Of a stretch of 64,000 bases of DNA, positions 1 to 16,600 are shown one piece after another. The DNA comes from Balanoglossus misakiensis (lineage: Eukaryota > Animalia > Hemichordata), in assembly GCA_040954595.2 (NCBI GenBank), contig CM082598.2, positions 3,355,154 to 3,419,153 on the forward strand, read 5' to 3'. Within the stretch, counting starts at the first letter, position 1. Every line of letters starts with the position of its first letter. Made by a program: the position numbers and the translations under genes. Below the pieces are notes generated by a model that did not search any database, was not told where the DNA came from, and saw only the letters and a program-made list of their open reading frames with translations.

Positions 1-2732
1 TGATACTATTTTTAGATGTGATAAACAGAGGGTAACACTTTTTATTACAAGCTTCGATGTTTATGCAAACTATACTTGTTATATTTACAGTATTTATTGT
101 TACTCAATTAACAACAGGGAATTCTGTTGTTCAGGGAAGTTCAGACCGGTTACCACACTTGAAACATCAAAGCTATATTTAGAAGAGCAAGTCATGGTGA
201 AAAAAACACCTTTGTTGAAACGTAATTAATAGGATTGGGGATTATTCACGTTCAACAATTCCACACAGGGCTGTCCATTTTCCTTCGTAATTGCCCTTGT
301 CTTGTCAATAGACCCTCTGTAGCATAAAATATGGATCACGCGAACGCAAGTAAAATATTCTATGCATGAAAGAGTTTGCATAACCCCTGAAGCAATTCAA
401 CGACATAGTTTCTCAGTATGCACGCTCAGGCTTAACAGTGTATGCATAATAGTAATTAATAATGCTGCATTAAAGATTCAGGATTAAACTCGTAAAATTG
501 AAAATTACATGACATGACATGTATCATTTTTTAATTCACTGGGCACAACGCCAGGTCAAAACCACATGCTAATGTATTAACGTCAAAGTAGTCAGGTGCA
601 TCACATGGAGCAGGGTTTGTTCATTATTTTCCAACACCTGACATGATATTTTCTATCATGGACTTCACCATGTATCCTGTCTTTTGTTGAGTACTGTATG
701 TTTGTTTTGTTTTGACACTGCTACTTGAGTTGGTTAACTATTATGACAGTACATGTACAATTTTTGAGAACATGGACAGATGTATAACCATTTATTTTAT
801 TCCTGGAAAGCACTACCACACTCTAGGTGGCCACAAGTAATTTATTTCAAACACAAAATTGGATTTCATCAATAATTTGTATTTAAACTGGATCTGTAAG
901 CTAGTATGTTAAAAATAACTATTTTGAATCTCCGAGACGTTTCTGTGGCATTAACTTTAATTCACTGTACATTGAATAGCACACGTACACTACCTTACAC
1001 TACTGCTGTACAATTCTTTTCCTGAAAAAAGTCATTCTCAATACGATCAGTACAACTATTACGACCAAATGCAATCATTCCCAGGGCAATAACATCCATA
1101 AATGTTCCTCTGAAAGAAAGATGACAAATTGAACAACACCAAATTGCGACAATGGTGCAAACTGGCTGAGAGAGAAATGCGCTCAGTGTCCATCAAATAA
1201 AACTTGACAGTTGCATTCACAAAACCCTGTTGACCCTTTTAAGCTACGCATATTACGAGTAATGGTCTCCGTCTATCTGGACTATATCCAGTTTCCTTTC
1301 TGTATCTCCGCAAAATCAACACTGATCGAACATTAGTATTGAGTAATCTGAGCCGAAGGTAAAATCCAATCTTGTTATCGTGACTGACATCAAAGATCTG
1401 GGATCCACACAGGGTATTTTTGTTCATCAGTGTGTTTGTACAACAATATACTGAGGAGATTCCCATGAAACGCAAGTATCTGATGAATCGTTAGGTTAAT
1501 GATTTCTGTTCATTAAGGATGGTCACGACATGCAGATGCATAAGTGGTACACCTGTCAGTGTATGTGAGTTCAGGTGTAGGCCCCGACACACCTGTGTAC
1601 ATGGATGGGCAGTGATGATTGAAAATGTTCATAAACCTCACATGGATTCATGCTAATTTGTCCACAAAAGAGGCTCAGTACAACATACATGAAATTATAC
1701 GCAAAGGAATTCTGCGATAAAATTATTCCCTATCTTTAAAATTCACCTGTCATTCTTGAGGAGAGACTATGATTACTGTTAGCCATATCTCTAAACAACC
1801 CACAGAAGGCATAACGTTATTGCACATTTGCGTCACCAAGCAGCCATACAGTGCAAAATCTGCAAAGCTAACAACACCCTCTGTCCTCATCACGAAAATT
1901 GCTTCTTGTAAAAATCACCTCGCTACATCACTGAACAAACACACAGGTTTCTAGACTAACCCAAGATTACGGAGCAATGTCTAGACTCTTACGACTAATC
2001 ACCAGGCTGTTGCCGGGGAAACCGTGTCGGTGGGGATCAAACTGTCTTTGCTTTAAAGCCATGCTCGTTTCTCTTTTTATTGTCATTTTTGTTATATTAC
2101 CCTGTGTAAAGTTATATTCTCTCTAAGCTGATTTGGTGTTCACTTAACCCGTTGATCTTCAACTTCTGTACTTGTCAAGTTCATGGCAACTGTATGTAAT
2201 TTATCCCCAAGAATGGCCCGACAATGGTATACCGGTACATGTATTTATTTCGAGGTTCGACTGCCATGTAAATGGATGATGTGCGCATCGTAAAATGACC
2301 AAACTTAGACAATGTCAAAGTCTATCTGATATTTGCATTTTAATGGACATTATATGGGCCAGTGAATTCATAGAACATTTAAGTGATGAGCTAAAAAATT
2401 TACTGCACAAATATTATGAAGGAAGTAATAAATTATTGCAATAATTTCTGTGAAAATTATACTCCAAGATGAATCAGACAACTAAACCAACTGCTGAATA
2501 CATTCATGGTTCTGTAATTATGAGTACAACATATCTGAAGAAATTACTGTAAGCTTTTAAAAATGCTACAGAATACTTTAATTTCTGTGAGGCGACATAA
2601 TTTTAGTCTCATTTACATGTGAATAGCGGTCACTGTGTAAACTATTCTACGCTGAAAATTTAATTCATAGAAAATTGATGTTGGTAAAGTAACCTGAGCT
2701 GTTCTTTTGCTAACCGCCCACGCACGTTCATA

Positions 2733-3163
2733 TTAAGGTTGTGCTAACAGAATGTAAACTGGCAAACTGCGCGAACTTGTGCGCATGTGTCTCTTCCCAT
2801 AGGATTACATTGAGATTGCAAGAATTTTTACTTCTACCGTTGTCATTTTCATGGAATTTTACACATTACTCAGTCAAGTAAAAATAAATTAATCGGCAAA
2901 ATAAGATTGTTGGGTCACCATGCTCTATTTTGAGATAAACTTCGCTAAATTTTATGCCCATAGACAAACCAAAGGGTGAAAAAATGCTGATTCGGCCGTA
3001 ATCGTCAATTATGGACTAAATTCACAGCCTTGAATTTCAAAAACAAGCATGGTGACCCCTACATTTTATTACAGATTTCTATAATGCTTCCAAAGGAGAA
3101 ACCAAAAATCAACATTTAAAAGAAATGACAGTACTTTCAATTCTACTGATCGTACATCCTTAA
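2733..3163. mobile_element. TTAA-flanked non-autonomous DNA element (Kolobok-like)
   Basis: TTAA-GGTTGTGC ... GTACATCC-TTAA imperfect termini, plus an internal inverted pair GGGTCACCATGCT / AGCATGGTGACCC. Confidence 0.55.
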
Positions 3164-3460
3164 GTAACACAGCGGGACCACCATTCAGGCATGTTAACAG
3201 TTGCAGGCTCACCAAAGAAATACCTTTCTTTCAAAAACACCATTTCCTGACCATTTCTATTTTTGACTATTTTAATGCGCTTAGCCATCATTTTATCCAT
3301 TGTACTCTTCTATTCAAATTTTCTCCCAACAGTGCTTCTATAATACCATACATTAATTGCAATTACTTAATCCATCAAGATAATTATAAAATGTGTTCAG
3401 TACTTATTAATGAACAATTATTTGTATGAGCAAGCTCGCAATTATTAAACAGAAAACGAC

Positions 3461-3537
3461 ATGTATGTATGTATGTATGTATGTATGTATGTATGTATGT
3501 ATGTATGTATGTATGTATGTATGTATGTATGTATGTA
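3461..3537. repeat. (ATGT)n microsatellite, about 19 units
   Basis: Read directly; opposite orientation to the 13.7-17.1 kb tract. Confidence 0.95.
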
Positions 3538-3949
3538 CTGTACTGTACTGGTGCATGTGTGTGTAAAAGTGCTTGATACATTAGAACTCTGGTTGCGTGA
3601 GGAGGGGGCGGGCTCGAAACTGTAACACCCTGCTGCTTGGTCAGAGAGCGATATTCATTTTTGCTATTCAAATAATTTTAAAATTGAAACATCTATTAGT
3701 GCACCAATTCAGGCGTATGCAAATGCATGAGAACTTCCAAAACACATGACATACGTAAATTAGGTACAGGACAGTACAACCTATTAGAAGGAACCTGACG
3801 GCGATATTCTTTAGTATTTGCTAAAGGCCATCCAATGCCTCAATGTCCCTCGTTAAACTACATTCACGGGGAATATTTGATTATCTTGCTAGAAGTTTGC
3901 AAATGAGGTAGTCGAGGCTGGAGAGCACTTCACAATCAGAAGTATTGTG

Positions 3950-5110
3950 CGGTTTTTGGTTCATCTCAAGATTTTTCTATTTCAACTGGATTACAAAAGT
4001 ACATCGGAAGCCAAAGGCAGAAAGGTATTTTATTAGATCATGAAAAAAAGTGCACACAGCATCTGAGTCAATTTCAATTCTGTCAAACAGTGAGTGAGAC
4101 AAGTGTTGTACATGAGTCACAATGAACCTCATGTACATGTCATTGCTTGACTGTGAAGACAAACTTTGAATGCAAGAAGGGACACGCATATATAGTTATG
4201 TTAAATCATTATATGTTTCACAAAATGGCTGACAATAGCAGCAATCTCCATCAGAAATAAATAGCATCATACAGACTTGCTTACAAGTCATAAGTGTTAC
4301 TTGATAGTGACAGAAATCGTTTCATGTACATTGAGTTCTAGATCTGGGAACATGAAAAAAAACCTGAACTATAGCTTGGCTTCACTGATTACTTATGATT
4401 ATGCTTTATTTGGTGATTATTAAACAGAGGCAAATCAATGGAAATAATTCATAGTTAATTGAAAATGTGTTACATCAACTATTAAATGAACCATAAATAC
4501 CTTAATTATATCATAACTTATTAGATTAATTTCAGTCATTAACTAGATTGGTGTAATGTCTATGAATATTAAAAACATAACAGAAACAAAACAGAAAATA
4601 CCCAGGTTTTGCTATCTTTCCCTCATAACTGTAATACCATTCTCAAATTTCAAAATTAACCTTCTTACTATTTCTTGAATACCTGTGACATAATGCTACT
4701 AACACATATTTTTTTATACATTTTCTGAAGCTTTGGTTCTGTCCAAACCCATTGTTTCCTAAGGTGAAGTTTGATCTCTAAAGAGGGAACTGGGGGGTGA
4801 AAGGGTTAAAACATGAGCATTCCAAGGTTGATCTAACCAAGGATATGGCGCTTTGTTAGAGATCATTAGCTGTAGCACCAAATCTGCACAAGACATCTGT
4901 GAATAAGTACAGAATGAAGGCATTTTGACACAACTGTATGACTGTGATCAACACATAAAAGGTGTGATCCTTAAATACAATCTGCAATGTCATTAACTAA
5001 CCATGACCATGAATAAGAATATGGACCCAATTTATAGTTCCTTGTGGGACCACCCACATGCTTTTTCTGTCAGATTGAAATAACTAAGAAACTTGCCTGT
5101 TGTGATCTAC
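3950..5110 (-). mobile_element. Highly decayed LINE (CR1/L2-type) reverse transcriptase remnant
   Basis: Minus-strand frameshifted traces of VPQGT-KLGP...NDIAD (about 4985-5052) and YACP..HSSL (about 4155-4192), in the order expected for ORF2. Confidence 0.45.
4734..4809. mobile_element. Truncated piggyBac-like MITE, reverse orientation
   Basis: Reverse complement ttaaccctttcaccccccagttccctctttagag...cttcaccttaggaaacaatgg matches the 63341 copy. Confidence 0.7.
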
Positions 5111-8100
5111 CACTTGAAAAAAATCACTAATGAGAATTTGTGAGATCAATCTTTGAAGGTCTTACTTAAGTCCTTGTAAAGTTCATTCCACTACTGTCTA
5201 TAATTCACAGTCGCAAAGTCAATCTCTTGACATTTTCCGTGTTGTAATTCTGTAACTTTAAATGAACTGCATGATTCACCTGAACAAGAATCTATACAAG
5301 GTCTAGTTTTGATTATATAGATTTTCAGATGATATTTTATCACATATTTAATACTTTTTTTATCAGGACCAACAATTTTTCTAAGGTATGAGAGGGAAGA
5401 TTATTTATTGATATTATCAGATAATGGAAAACACAGACGTTGTAAATGTATTAATTTTTCATCACAGGAGGATGCCTGTATCAGCAGGCATGATTGATTA
5501 TCCTTGTCTGAGACTTGATTACTAACTGATAAAAATAGCGAATCTGACTTGGCTCATTATAAGTTTCTTCTTTATAAGATTAAATTTATCTTGAAAAATT
5601 TGCCACGAACAACTGGCGAGCAATTAGCATCCCACGTATTTTCTTACAGGAAATAAACCTGAGTTGTACACTGTACAGTTAGAGTAACAAAATTTCTCCA
5701 TGAGTTATTTGCAATTATATTTGAATATAAATCTGTGATTAAATCTGGATATACATTTGCTCTGTGGTGGAACTGTCACCTATAAAAAGTGGCTGGTTAT
5801 GTACAAGCGCTCCATTTTCTTGACAATCTTAAGTAAAGCACTTAATAAAGTTTTTTTTTATGAGAAAACACCAACGCGAGTGTTATATTTTATAGTGAAT
5901 TATTTCCAAACAACACAATAAAACTGAATCTGACACTTAATAACCCAGAGGGAATCATTAAACACCGGTTGGTAACCAAGCTACGTGCAATTTAGACGAT
6001 AACTGTTATGTATTACACGAATATAATGTGATACCAGTTAATTGACGTGACACAGGTTCTCGCAACTTCAGCAAATCCATCAGATGGACATTAACAGATG
6101 TGGCAGGCGTAATAAAACGTACTAAAAACTCCTGTGATTGTAATCTTGTAATACTGCATGCCTGGTTATTGCATCAAAGTGCCTAGTCTAAGGCTGCAAA
6201 TTAATAACATTACCAGTGGATACGACTTTAATGTGCATGTTAAATACCATTAAATTTTGGGGTTTGAGAAAAAAAGTAGACATTTGCTTTAGTGTTTTAT
6301 GTCAGACCTTTGATACAACTGCAAACAGCAAACTAAGTACATTTTCATCCATCTCATCTAATCGTAGGTATGACCTTTCAACTCCAACAACTCACAAGAA
6401 ATCATCATTCAATATTTTTTGCCGCAGACTACATCAATGAAAAGGTCATCGTCAATTCAGCTGCTAACTGGTAATCCCTGGGCAAAATCACCATCTTTTC
6501 ATACTTTTTTCAACGGCTATTATCAATATCACTACACTACCTGAGGAAACATTGATTCAAAGCATTACAAAAAAATACCGTTTTCACTTTACACCAACAT
6601 ACAAGGATATCAGGGCATTGACTGAACTTGAACTTGAAAAAAATTACAATCAAGTCATTTTAAATTACAGTGTATATTCACATGGGATCTTATCCTGAGC
6701 AATGATGAACCGGCCAATGGTAAATGAGCATCCACCCAATATAGTTTTAAGTCCAAAAGAATTGATCAGTTCTTTGTACACGAATATGTCTAAAAATGAA
6801 CTGATCAAAAATAAATAGCTGTTACTGAGCTGGCAGAAAAATGTACAACATATAATAATTAATTCAGGCTGATCATTTTTATCGTATGTTTTTAATTATT
6901 CATGACACTGTGTGGGAACAGCCACTGGCTCAGCAGTCAATCAATAATAATAACAACAACAATACCTGTAATAAGAGATATATTATATATTAAGAATAGT
7001 AACAACCTCACATTAAAAACATTGCTATATGGGCATGAAAGATTTTCCATGTAGATACTGCCTCAACTTGTAATGTTAAGGACTTGACTTTTGCTGGCCT
7101 GAGGGATCCACATCTTGATAAGGAAAGGATGTGAAAATTAGCTTCGCATGGATATTTAATCACTTTTGACACTTACGGAAATTAATTCATTGGCTCAGGT
7201 ACACAAGCCCCATAGGAGCGGGCCTTTCAATCGATCATGTTGAACTATGGCGGCAAGTCTGCTCTTAAATTTCACATTTCATTCATTTATTTCATGTTCA
7301 AAGCTTCCCAGCACTCAATTTTTTCCTTCCTGCCCACCTGATGTAGGTTAACATGATTCCTTCTGGCTGTGAATAAGAACACTATATCTCGCCATAGATT
7401 AAATAAAAGTGAATTTCACTTTGAAGATGTTCAGCTGATATTTTGAGAAAATACATCATGGATATTGCTAACTAATTAAATTGATATGAACCAATTTAGG
7501 ATGCCAATTATGCTAAATGACTGACATATAAATGACCCAAACTAATGAGAATTTTAACCCTCTCCAAAATACATCAAAGGATGTAATTTTCACTTTTAAA
7601 AATTTACAACAGCACAGAAATAAAAATAAAAAACAAGTGTGATCACAATACAAAAATTGTCAGGTTTGACAATAGCAAGCTTCAACATCTAGTAAAATTC
7701 CGTATAAACTGGAAACATAGTAGAAAAAAAATTACCCCGAAAATAATATCAAAATTCTTGAGAACTGAGCATGATCTGCACTCTACCTCTGATGTATGTT
7801 CAGAGATGACGGCAAAGATACACACATAACCCGCAAAAAGTGAACAACACAGCAGATATTAAGAACAGCGCGATTATGAAAACCCACGGCAATGGAATGA
7901 AGCCTGACGATTATAACCAGAAAAGCAATAATTACCACCCAGTTTCACAGATGTGATTGTAACTCATTAGTACAAAAAAAAATCTGAAAATTCCTGGGCA
8001 TAGCTGATGGGAAAAAATAACTGGAAAAGGATACTTGAATCTTCCTGGCTGGAAAGTCACAGGCTTCTCCCCGTCTCTCCTGTCCTTGGTCACAGCGCCG

Positions 8101-9785
8101 GCGTAAAACGCGACAGAACAGCTCTACAGAGAGCAGCGGATGAAATCTGCATATTATGACCAGATCAGCTGACTGGAGCTCATTCTCTGAAGCCAGTTGA
8201 AGCGTCTTTTTTCAACTTCTCTCAGTTTTTTTAGCGATGACGATCGGGGATAAATATGTACGAGGTAATTCTCAGTTCACGTGTTCACGAAGGTGTGTGC
8301 CCATCAAACAGCCATTTCAATATCAGGATACTCTATCGTTGCTCGACAAGGTCGTCCTCCTGTCGCCATGGCAACCAGCTGGGGAAAAGATTTCCGTCCT
8401 ATTACGGATACGGATGCGCTTCAGGAAACATGCCGACTCGATGGTTATTTCTACTTGTGTTCCAGCAGTTGCTGCATTTTAATACCAATTTTTTTGTGAG
8501 CCTATATGAACTCTTTCTGATGCGTGTAGTATGCACTCTGCCAATGCTGGATTTCCAGTCGCTATCTTCTACAGTGCACTCTGTGACTGATCTGAATTAC
8601 GATGGGGCTGTTGACTGCTTTATTGTTGGTAAAGGGACATGACGCGGCGGGCAAAGACGACAAAACTACAAAATCACGGCCTGGTTTTTTTGGTGGCAGC
8701 TAGGAAGTCTATACAGGTACGACAGAAGACCGAGCCAAATCGAAGATGTATCCCGGACGTCACGGACAGGCCAGCAGCCAAAGCACGGTGTAACTGCTCA
8801 GGACAATTTAGCTCTGTTTGGTTGCCATGGCAAATGACTCGTCGGTAACCCTGTAACTCTCATGGCAGGATGTTGCACAAATCAAGCATACAAATCCACA
8901 GTGTGCTTCATTATTAACTTAGAGGCTTATTCACACAAACACAAGCAACGAATGTCAACAACTGCGGGGACACCACTGCCACCCCACGGCCATAAACGTG
9001 GATTATCTCAAGCTATAAAATATTCACATGTCCCATGTCAACTGTGTCTTCAATTAAACAAACTCACCCAGGTAAGCCTGCTTTCTAACTTTCTATAAGT
9101 TCATGTTTTCTTTCGCGAAATGAGGCCAGGGCTGAGAATCTAACCCTCAGTCAGCTGAGCTGACTCAGTGGATCACATGAATGATTAGATCGACTGGCAA
9201 TTCCGCTCAGGCCTCAGGCGATATAATCGTGCCCTGTTTCCCCATTTCCTTGTCAGTGCCCAGCTTTGAAATTCTTTTGATCAATGTCTGTTTTGTAAGG
9301 TACATATGTGAGGAGTGACTTTTTTAAACAGTTGTGTATTTTTAAACTAACTGTGAAATGACCTGAAATTTAATTGCTATTTTCATTAAGTGATATTTTC
9401 ACTTCATGTCCATATGTACATGTACAGGACACCCTAGCCTATCATATTTCCAATTAAAATTAAGTTCCCCTAGAAATGTTTTATTTTGCTATATGATGAG
9501 GGGCTTGCTTTGGGATGCATTGGAATTGGTTCCCTAGGCTTAAGGCAACAATGTTTTGCATCAGGTAATTTTCATTCCATCATATCCATATCAAATACTT
9601 TGCAACCCCTGACCTCCAACCTTACAATGTTATAGTTTACTTTCGATGAGAAATATATACTGACTATACTGACTAAAAGGGATGATACTGTACTCAATGG
9701 AGGGAATCTTCCCAAATGTCAGGAAGAACACATACACATTCACTTCACCCTTCATTATTCTGTTTCACAGCTCGTCCCCATCCAA

Positions 9786-9981
9786 TAAGTGAGCTTTCAC
9801 TTATTATTACGGGGAGGAAAGTTTCACTTAATACCAATATGAGGGGTGTGTGTGCTGGATATAATTGGAGGAGGGGGGGGGGGGTCTTTTATAAACTTGT
9901 TTAGAGGGGAGGGTCACATTTTACAAGACTGCAAATTCCTCCATCCCACCCCCCTCCCATACTAAATGAAAGCTCCCTAAC
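9786..9981. mobile_element. Degenerate PIF/Harbinger-like MITE
   Basis: Right end cccctcccatactaaatgaaagctccc-taa; degenerate left end gagctttcacttattattacggggagg; G-rich interior. Confidence 0.4.
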
Positions 9982-12900
9982 AATATCCTGTCACTCAGCA
10001 GTGTCTACGGCAACAGCGGTGTGTTTAAGGTAAACTGCAAGTAACAATTTTATGAAGTACAAGTCTGTTTCCATGCCAACAGATGATGAAGAGAAATTCA
10101 AGTAAATTGTAACTAAGCACAGACTGAGGCTGTACTTTCGAATTATACCTACGGCACTTTAAAATAACCACTCAACATTGCATTTGCTGAATTTTATATT
10201 AAAATTTTATATTGATCTCAGTCCATTAAGTGTAATAACACAGATTTCAAGTCGATGTTGACGAACCTCATTTGATGCCTGATTTACTTTGGCTAAGAAG
10301 AGGAATGACTATGTTCTAATTTACATGCATGTGCAGATAGGTTACGTGTTGAGGTTATTTATGGACTAGTATGCAGTGTACAATGGCAGTCAAAGGAATC
10401 AATGTTTATTTTGAAGGAGTTAAAATACAATTCAATTCAAATTAGTCAGTTTCAATATTTATTATTATTGTATTTCAATGTATGGACAATTTTTAGGGAT
10501 AACAACATATATGTGATCATATTTATTCAGAGTACTGCATATCTTTGACATTGTAATTAGTTTCATGTTCTTTGATCTCATTTATTTCAATAGTTGTTTG
10601 TATTATATTGTTCAAACAGTATTAGGTAAAGCCTTGATACTCCTAAGGAATTTAAGAACCAAAGAAAGAACACACTGGTCATATAAGCCCCTTTTGATAT
10701 ATAAACTTCACTAAAATCTTGCTGGCCGTTTTTTTTTCAGAAATGAAATTCTGAATATCCTTGATAAAAATGTTCATTCATATGCACAGTAGAGAGTGTG
10801 ATGTTTCATTGAACAATTAATAAAAGACGTCAGGGCATAGCTTCAAAAGTGCGGCAATACGCCTACAGGGCAAACACGTCAGAGTTTCTTGAATTGTCTA
10901 ATCGCAAATACGGCACACAAGGAAGAACGTGCTTAGGGACTCTCCATCAGTAAGCAATGTCTCCGTTTCTCCTTCAAACGTGTGAACTTAGCGTATTAAC
11001 TCTTCTGCGGCACATTTGTAAACCGTGCGAGAAAGACGTCATCATATTTATGATACACGCAAAATGATGCTAAAAATACACGACACTGAATTCGAGTCAC
11101 TCGTCAATTTTTTTTGTTGAGAAATTTCTCTTGACGTCATTTCAAACGGAGCATTATCGTGGGACTTGGTTTCCAGCGATTGTTGACAATGTCGACTAAA
11201 AATAAACCAGAGTTTTTTGTTAGGTATTTTACACAGACAGTAGAAGATCTTGCCTTTCATCTATCTTGTACTAAAAATAAAATATGGTGTTCAATGCAAC
11301 CCAGATCTTTAAATATCTTAAGGTGCTTGTATTGAAATGCAATTCTTTGTGTGTATATCAGGGGTTCTGTTAAATTTATTTCCATTGAATACTTAATACA
11401 CATTCAGAATTTTCTTTGTGCAATAGAACAAAATTGCATAGGCAATTAAAAGCCTTTAAATAACTAAAAATACAGTACATATAATAATCTTTACAGCCCA
11501 GATGAAGGCCAAGGTTCATAGTTTTGTAGTTCACATATTAATGATCAGTTGGCCCATGATCAACCCTGTAAATGTACTGGTCAAATGCTGAGGCAAGTAA
11601 CACTTAATTAAGCAGTATGCACAAAATGCATTAAACAGAACCTCACATACCAGTATATTTGACATTATAAAAATTAACATTTAATTCAAGCATTTTCCCA
11701 TCACTGTAGGCATGACAACTTTCATTATGCTTAATCAATCATATGTCTATGAGCATTTTATATGACATTAATACCAGCAGTGAGATGACAAATTATTATA
11801 AACTCGTCAGGTTAGAATTTTGTAGGTTTTATTAAGACATAGCTAAGTAGTCCTAGGATAGTTTCTCCTTGTTGCTATGGAAATGGTATTCATGAAAAAG
11901 GCATGAAAAATTTATGGATGACTGGAAAAATTAATCATGAAGAATAACAACACCAGGTAGGGATACATGTAGGGTGGGCTGACTCAACATGTGTTGGCTA
12001 ATGAAACAATGCTGTGTCAGAGAGGTTGTATGGTACGTCACACTGTATTTTCAGTAAACCTGTAAGCACAGGCACCATCTGATGATGTGGAAAATGGACC
12101 CCAAAACAAGAGCTGTCTAGAGAATGTGCATGATTGCTAAGCACTACAAATGCACAGAACGTAGTCCTGTCGAATATAGATTACAATGCACCCATTCATG
12201 GCAATTCCAAGATGAAAAAGTCATCTCATGCAAACTTATCATGATTCAGTGTCTGCCGTGGATTTTATCAGCATTGTCAAATCCAGTGAAAGCAAAGAAT
12301 TTGCAAAGCTTTATTTTAGGCTCATGAATAAACTGAATCAAAATGATCAGAAATATGTAATAACAAATTAGAAGTCACAAATAGTGAAGGTATAGTAATA
12401 ACGTTATCTTACATGCATCTGTAATTTCGCATGGTGCGTCGATTTTCCAGGTAATACGTAAGACTTGACTTTGTAAACATGTCCATTACTGCGGCTAGTG
12501 GTAATCTCACAACACGTTACTCATAGATTCTATGATCTAGATGTTCGTTCCACCGTCCCCTCATACTAATTGCGACTAACGGAACCCAGGTTTTAATTAT
12601 TTATCATCCTGGTATCATCGGTGCAATGACAATAGCAGCACCGCCTTTGTGTTCGATGACAGCGACAAATTGCTCCATCTACCCGGATTAAAAAGCATAA
12701 CACAATAAAACCGTGCGAATGTGTGTATATATGATACAACAAAAGCGCACACCATGCTGACAGATTGACACAATTAACGTCAACGGTAACAGTGTACAGA
12801 TTATGAACCCGCATCAATTTTGTCTTTTCAAAATTTCATTGTATTAACCAATGTCCACCTAAATACCATATGCTATCTATTGTCCCTCCATAATTAAATA

Positions 12901-13663
12901 CTCTTTTACCTCTCCTGAATTCATTATCATCCAATTTGCATATTGATCACATGCCTCAGTGGATATTAAACCATCAATTATGCAAATGTCAAAATTTGTT
13001 AATGGCGATGCATATTGTGTTGAGCTGTAAGGTTTCGAAAAATGACTTTAAATGACTTTCTGAAATGTTCTTAATTTTTTTACCATCCTTGCTGTGATAA
13101 TCTTTACTGATAATACTTGTTAAAAAGTTATAGCACTTTGAGATCGTCTGTCAAGATGAAGTACCAGCAATTTCGAAGCGAAATTGGGTCAGTTCAAAGC
13201 ATTAGGACATGAACTTGTCTATCTCTGACCTCATTCAGTCACCTGTAATTCCCACAACTTCTCAGAAAACGCCATTAATTTCATTAGACAAGCGACAAAA
13301 ACACGGAAGCTTCAGTAACAAGAGCCTTCACTGAGACTGAAAACGTTAAATCTAAGCCAACAGGTTGCTTAATAACAATCACGAACTGAAATACCATATG
13401 CGTTTGTGCTGTAATGTAATACCGGGCACAAAACAACATGATAATGTTGAAAACCAACTCTAAATTGGACTTCCCATTAGGAAATTGCTTCTGATCCTGT
13501 CAGCTTGCAGGAGTTTAGAGAGTTTGACGTAAGACTACACAAAATGAACTTATATGATGGTGTCTCTGGATGGAAGATGTTACATTTTAGCTTCCTAAGT
13601 GTTTTTCTTAGATGATGAGACAAGGAAGCCATGACAGTGATTACAGATGTAAAAGTATGCTGG

Positions 13664-16600
13664 TACATACATACATACATACATACATACATACATACAT
13701 ACATACATACATACATACATACATACATACATACATACATACATACATACATACATACATACATACATACATACATACATACATACATACATACATACAT
13801 ACATACATACATACATACATACATACATACATACATACATACATACATACATACATACATACATACATACATACATACATACATACATACATACATACAT
13901 ACATACATACATACATACATACATACATACATACATACATACATACATACATACATACATACATACATACATACATACATACATACATACATACATACAT
14001 ACATACATACATACATACATACATACATACATACATACATACATACATACATACATACATACATACATACATACATACATACATACATACATACATACAT
14101 ACATACATACATACATACATACATACATACATACATACATACATACATACATACATACATACATACATACATACATACATACATACATACATACATACAT
14201 ACATACATACATACATACATACATACATACATACATACATACATACATACATACATACATACATACATACATACATACATACATACATACATACATACAT
14301 ACATACATACATACATACATACATACATACATACATACATACATACATACATACATACATACATACATACATACATACATACATACATACATACATACAT
14401 ACATACATACATACATACATACATACATACATACATACATACATACATACATACATACATACATACATACATACATACATACATACATACATACATACAT
14501 ACATACATACATACATACATACATACATACATACATACATACATACATACATACATACATACATACATACATACATACATACATACATACATACATACAT
14601 ACATACATACATACATACATACATACATACATACATACATACATACATACATACATACATACATACATACATACATACATACATACATACATACATACAT
14701 ACATACATACATACATACATACATACATACATACATACATACATACATACATACATACATACATACATACATACATACATACATACATACATACATACAT
14801 ACATACATACATACATACATACATACATACATACATACATACATACATACATACATACATACATACATACATACATACATACATACATACATACATACAT
14901 ACATACATACATACATACATACATACATACATACATACATACATACATACATACATACATACATACATACATACATACATACATACATACATACATACAT
15001 ACATACATACATACATACATACATACATACATACATACATACATACATACATACATACATACATACATACATACATACATACATACATACATACATACAT
15101 ACATACATACATACATACATACATACATACATACATACATACATACATACATACATACATACATACATACATACATACATACATACATACATACATACAT
15201 ACATACATACATACATACATACATACATACATACATACATACATACATACATACATACATACATACATACATACATACATACATACATACATACATACAT
15301 ACATACATACATACATACATACATACATACATACATACATACATACATACATACATACATACATACATACATACATACATACATACATACATACATACAT
15401 ACATACATACATACATACATACATACATACATACATACATACATACATACATACATACATACATACATACATACATACATACATACATACATACATACAT
15501 ACATACATACATACATACATACATACATACATACATACATACATACATACATACATACATACATACATACATACATACATACATACATACATACATACAT
15601 ACATACATACATACATACATACATACATACATACATACATACATACATACATACATACATACATACATACATACATACATACATACATACATACATACAT
15701 ACATACATACATACATACATACATACATACATACATACATACATACATACATACATACATACATACATACATACATACATACATACATACATACATACAT
15801 ACATACATACATACATACATACATACATACATACATACATACATACATACATACATACATACATACATACATACATACATACATACATACATACATACAT
15901 ACATACATACATACATACATACATACATACATACATACATACATACATACATACATACATACATACATACATACATACATACATACATACATACATACAT
16001 ACATACATACATACATACATACATACATACATACATACATACATACATACATACATACATACATACATACATACATACATACATACATACATACATACAT
16101 ACATACATACATACATACATACATACATACATACATACATACATACATACATACATACATACATACATACATACATACATACATACATACATACATACAT
16201 ACATACATACATACATACATACATACATACATACATACATACATACATACATACATACATACATACATACATACATACATACATACATACATACATACAT
16301 ACATACATACATACATACATACATACATACATACATACATACATACATACATACATACATACATACATACATACATACATACATACATACATACATACAT
16401 ACATACATACATACATACATACATACATACATACATACATACATACATACATACATACATACATACATACATACATACATACATACATACATACATACAT
16501 ACATACATACATACATACATACATACATACATACATACATACATACATACATACATACATACATACATACATACATACATACATACATACATACATACAT

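Noticed and set aside
8035-8123. Possible minus-strand internal exon (ctctctgtag|AGCTGT...TTCAA|gtatcc)
   Set aside because: Weak donor; it hits a stop if joined in phase 2 to the DGK first exon; no DGK similarity.
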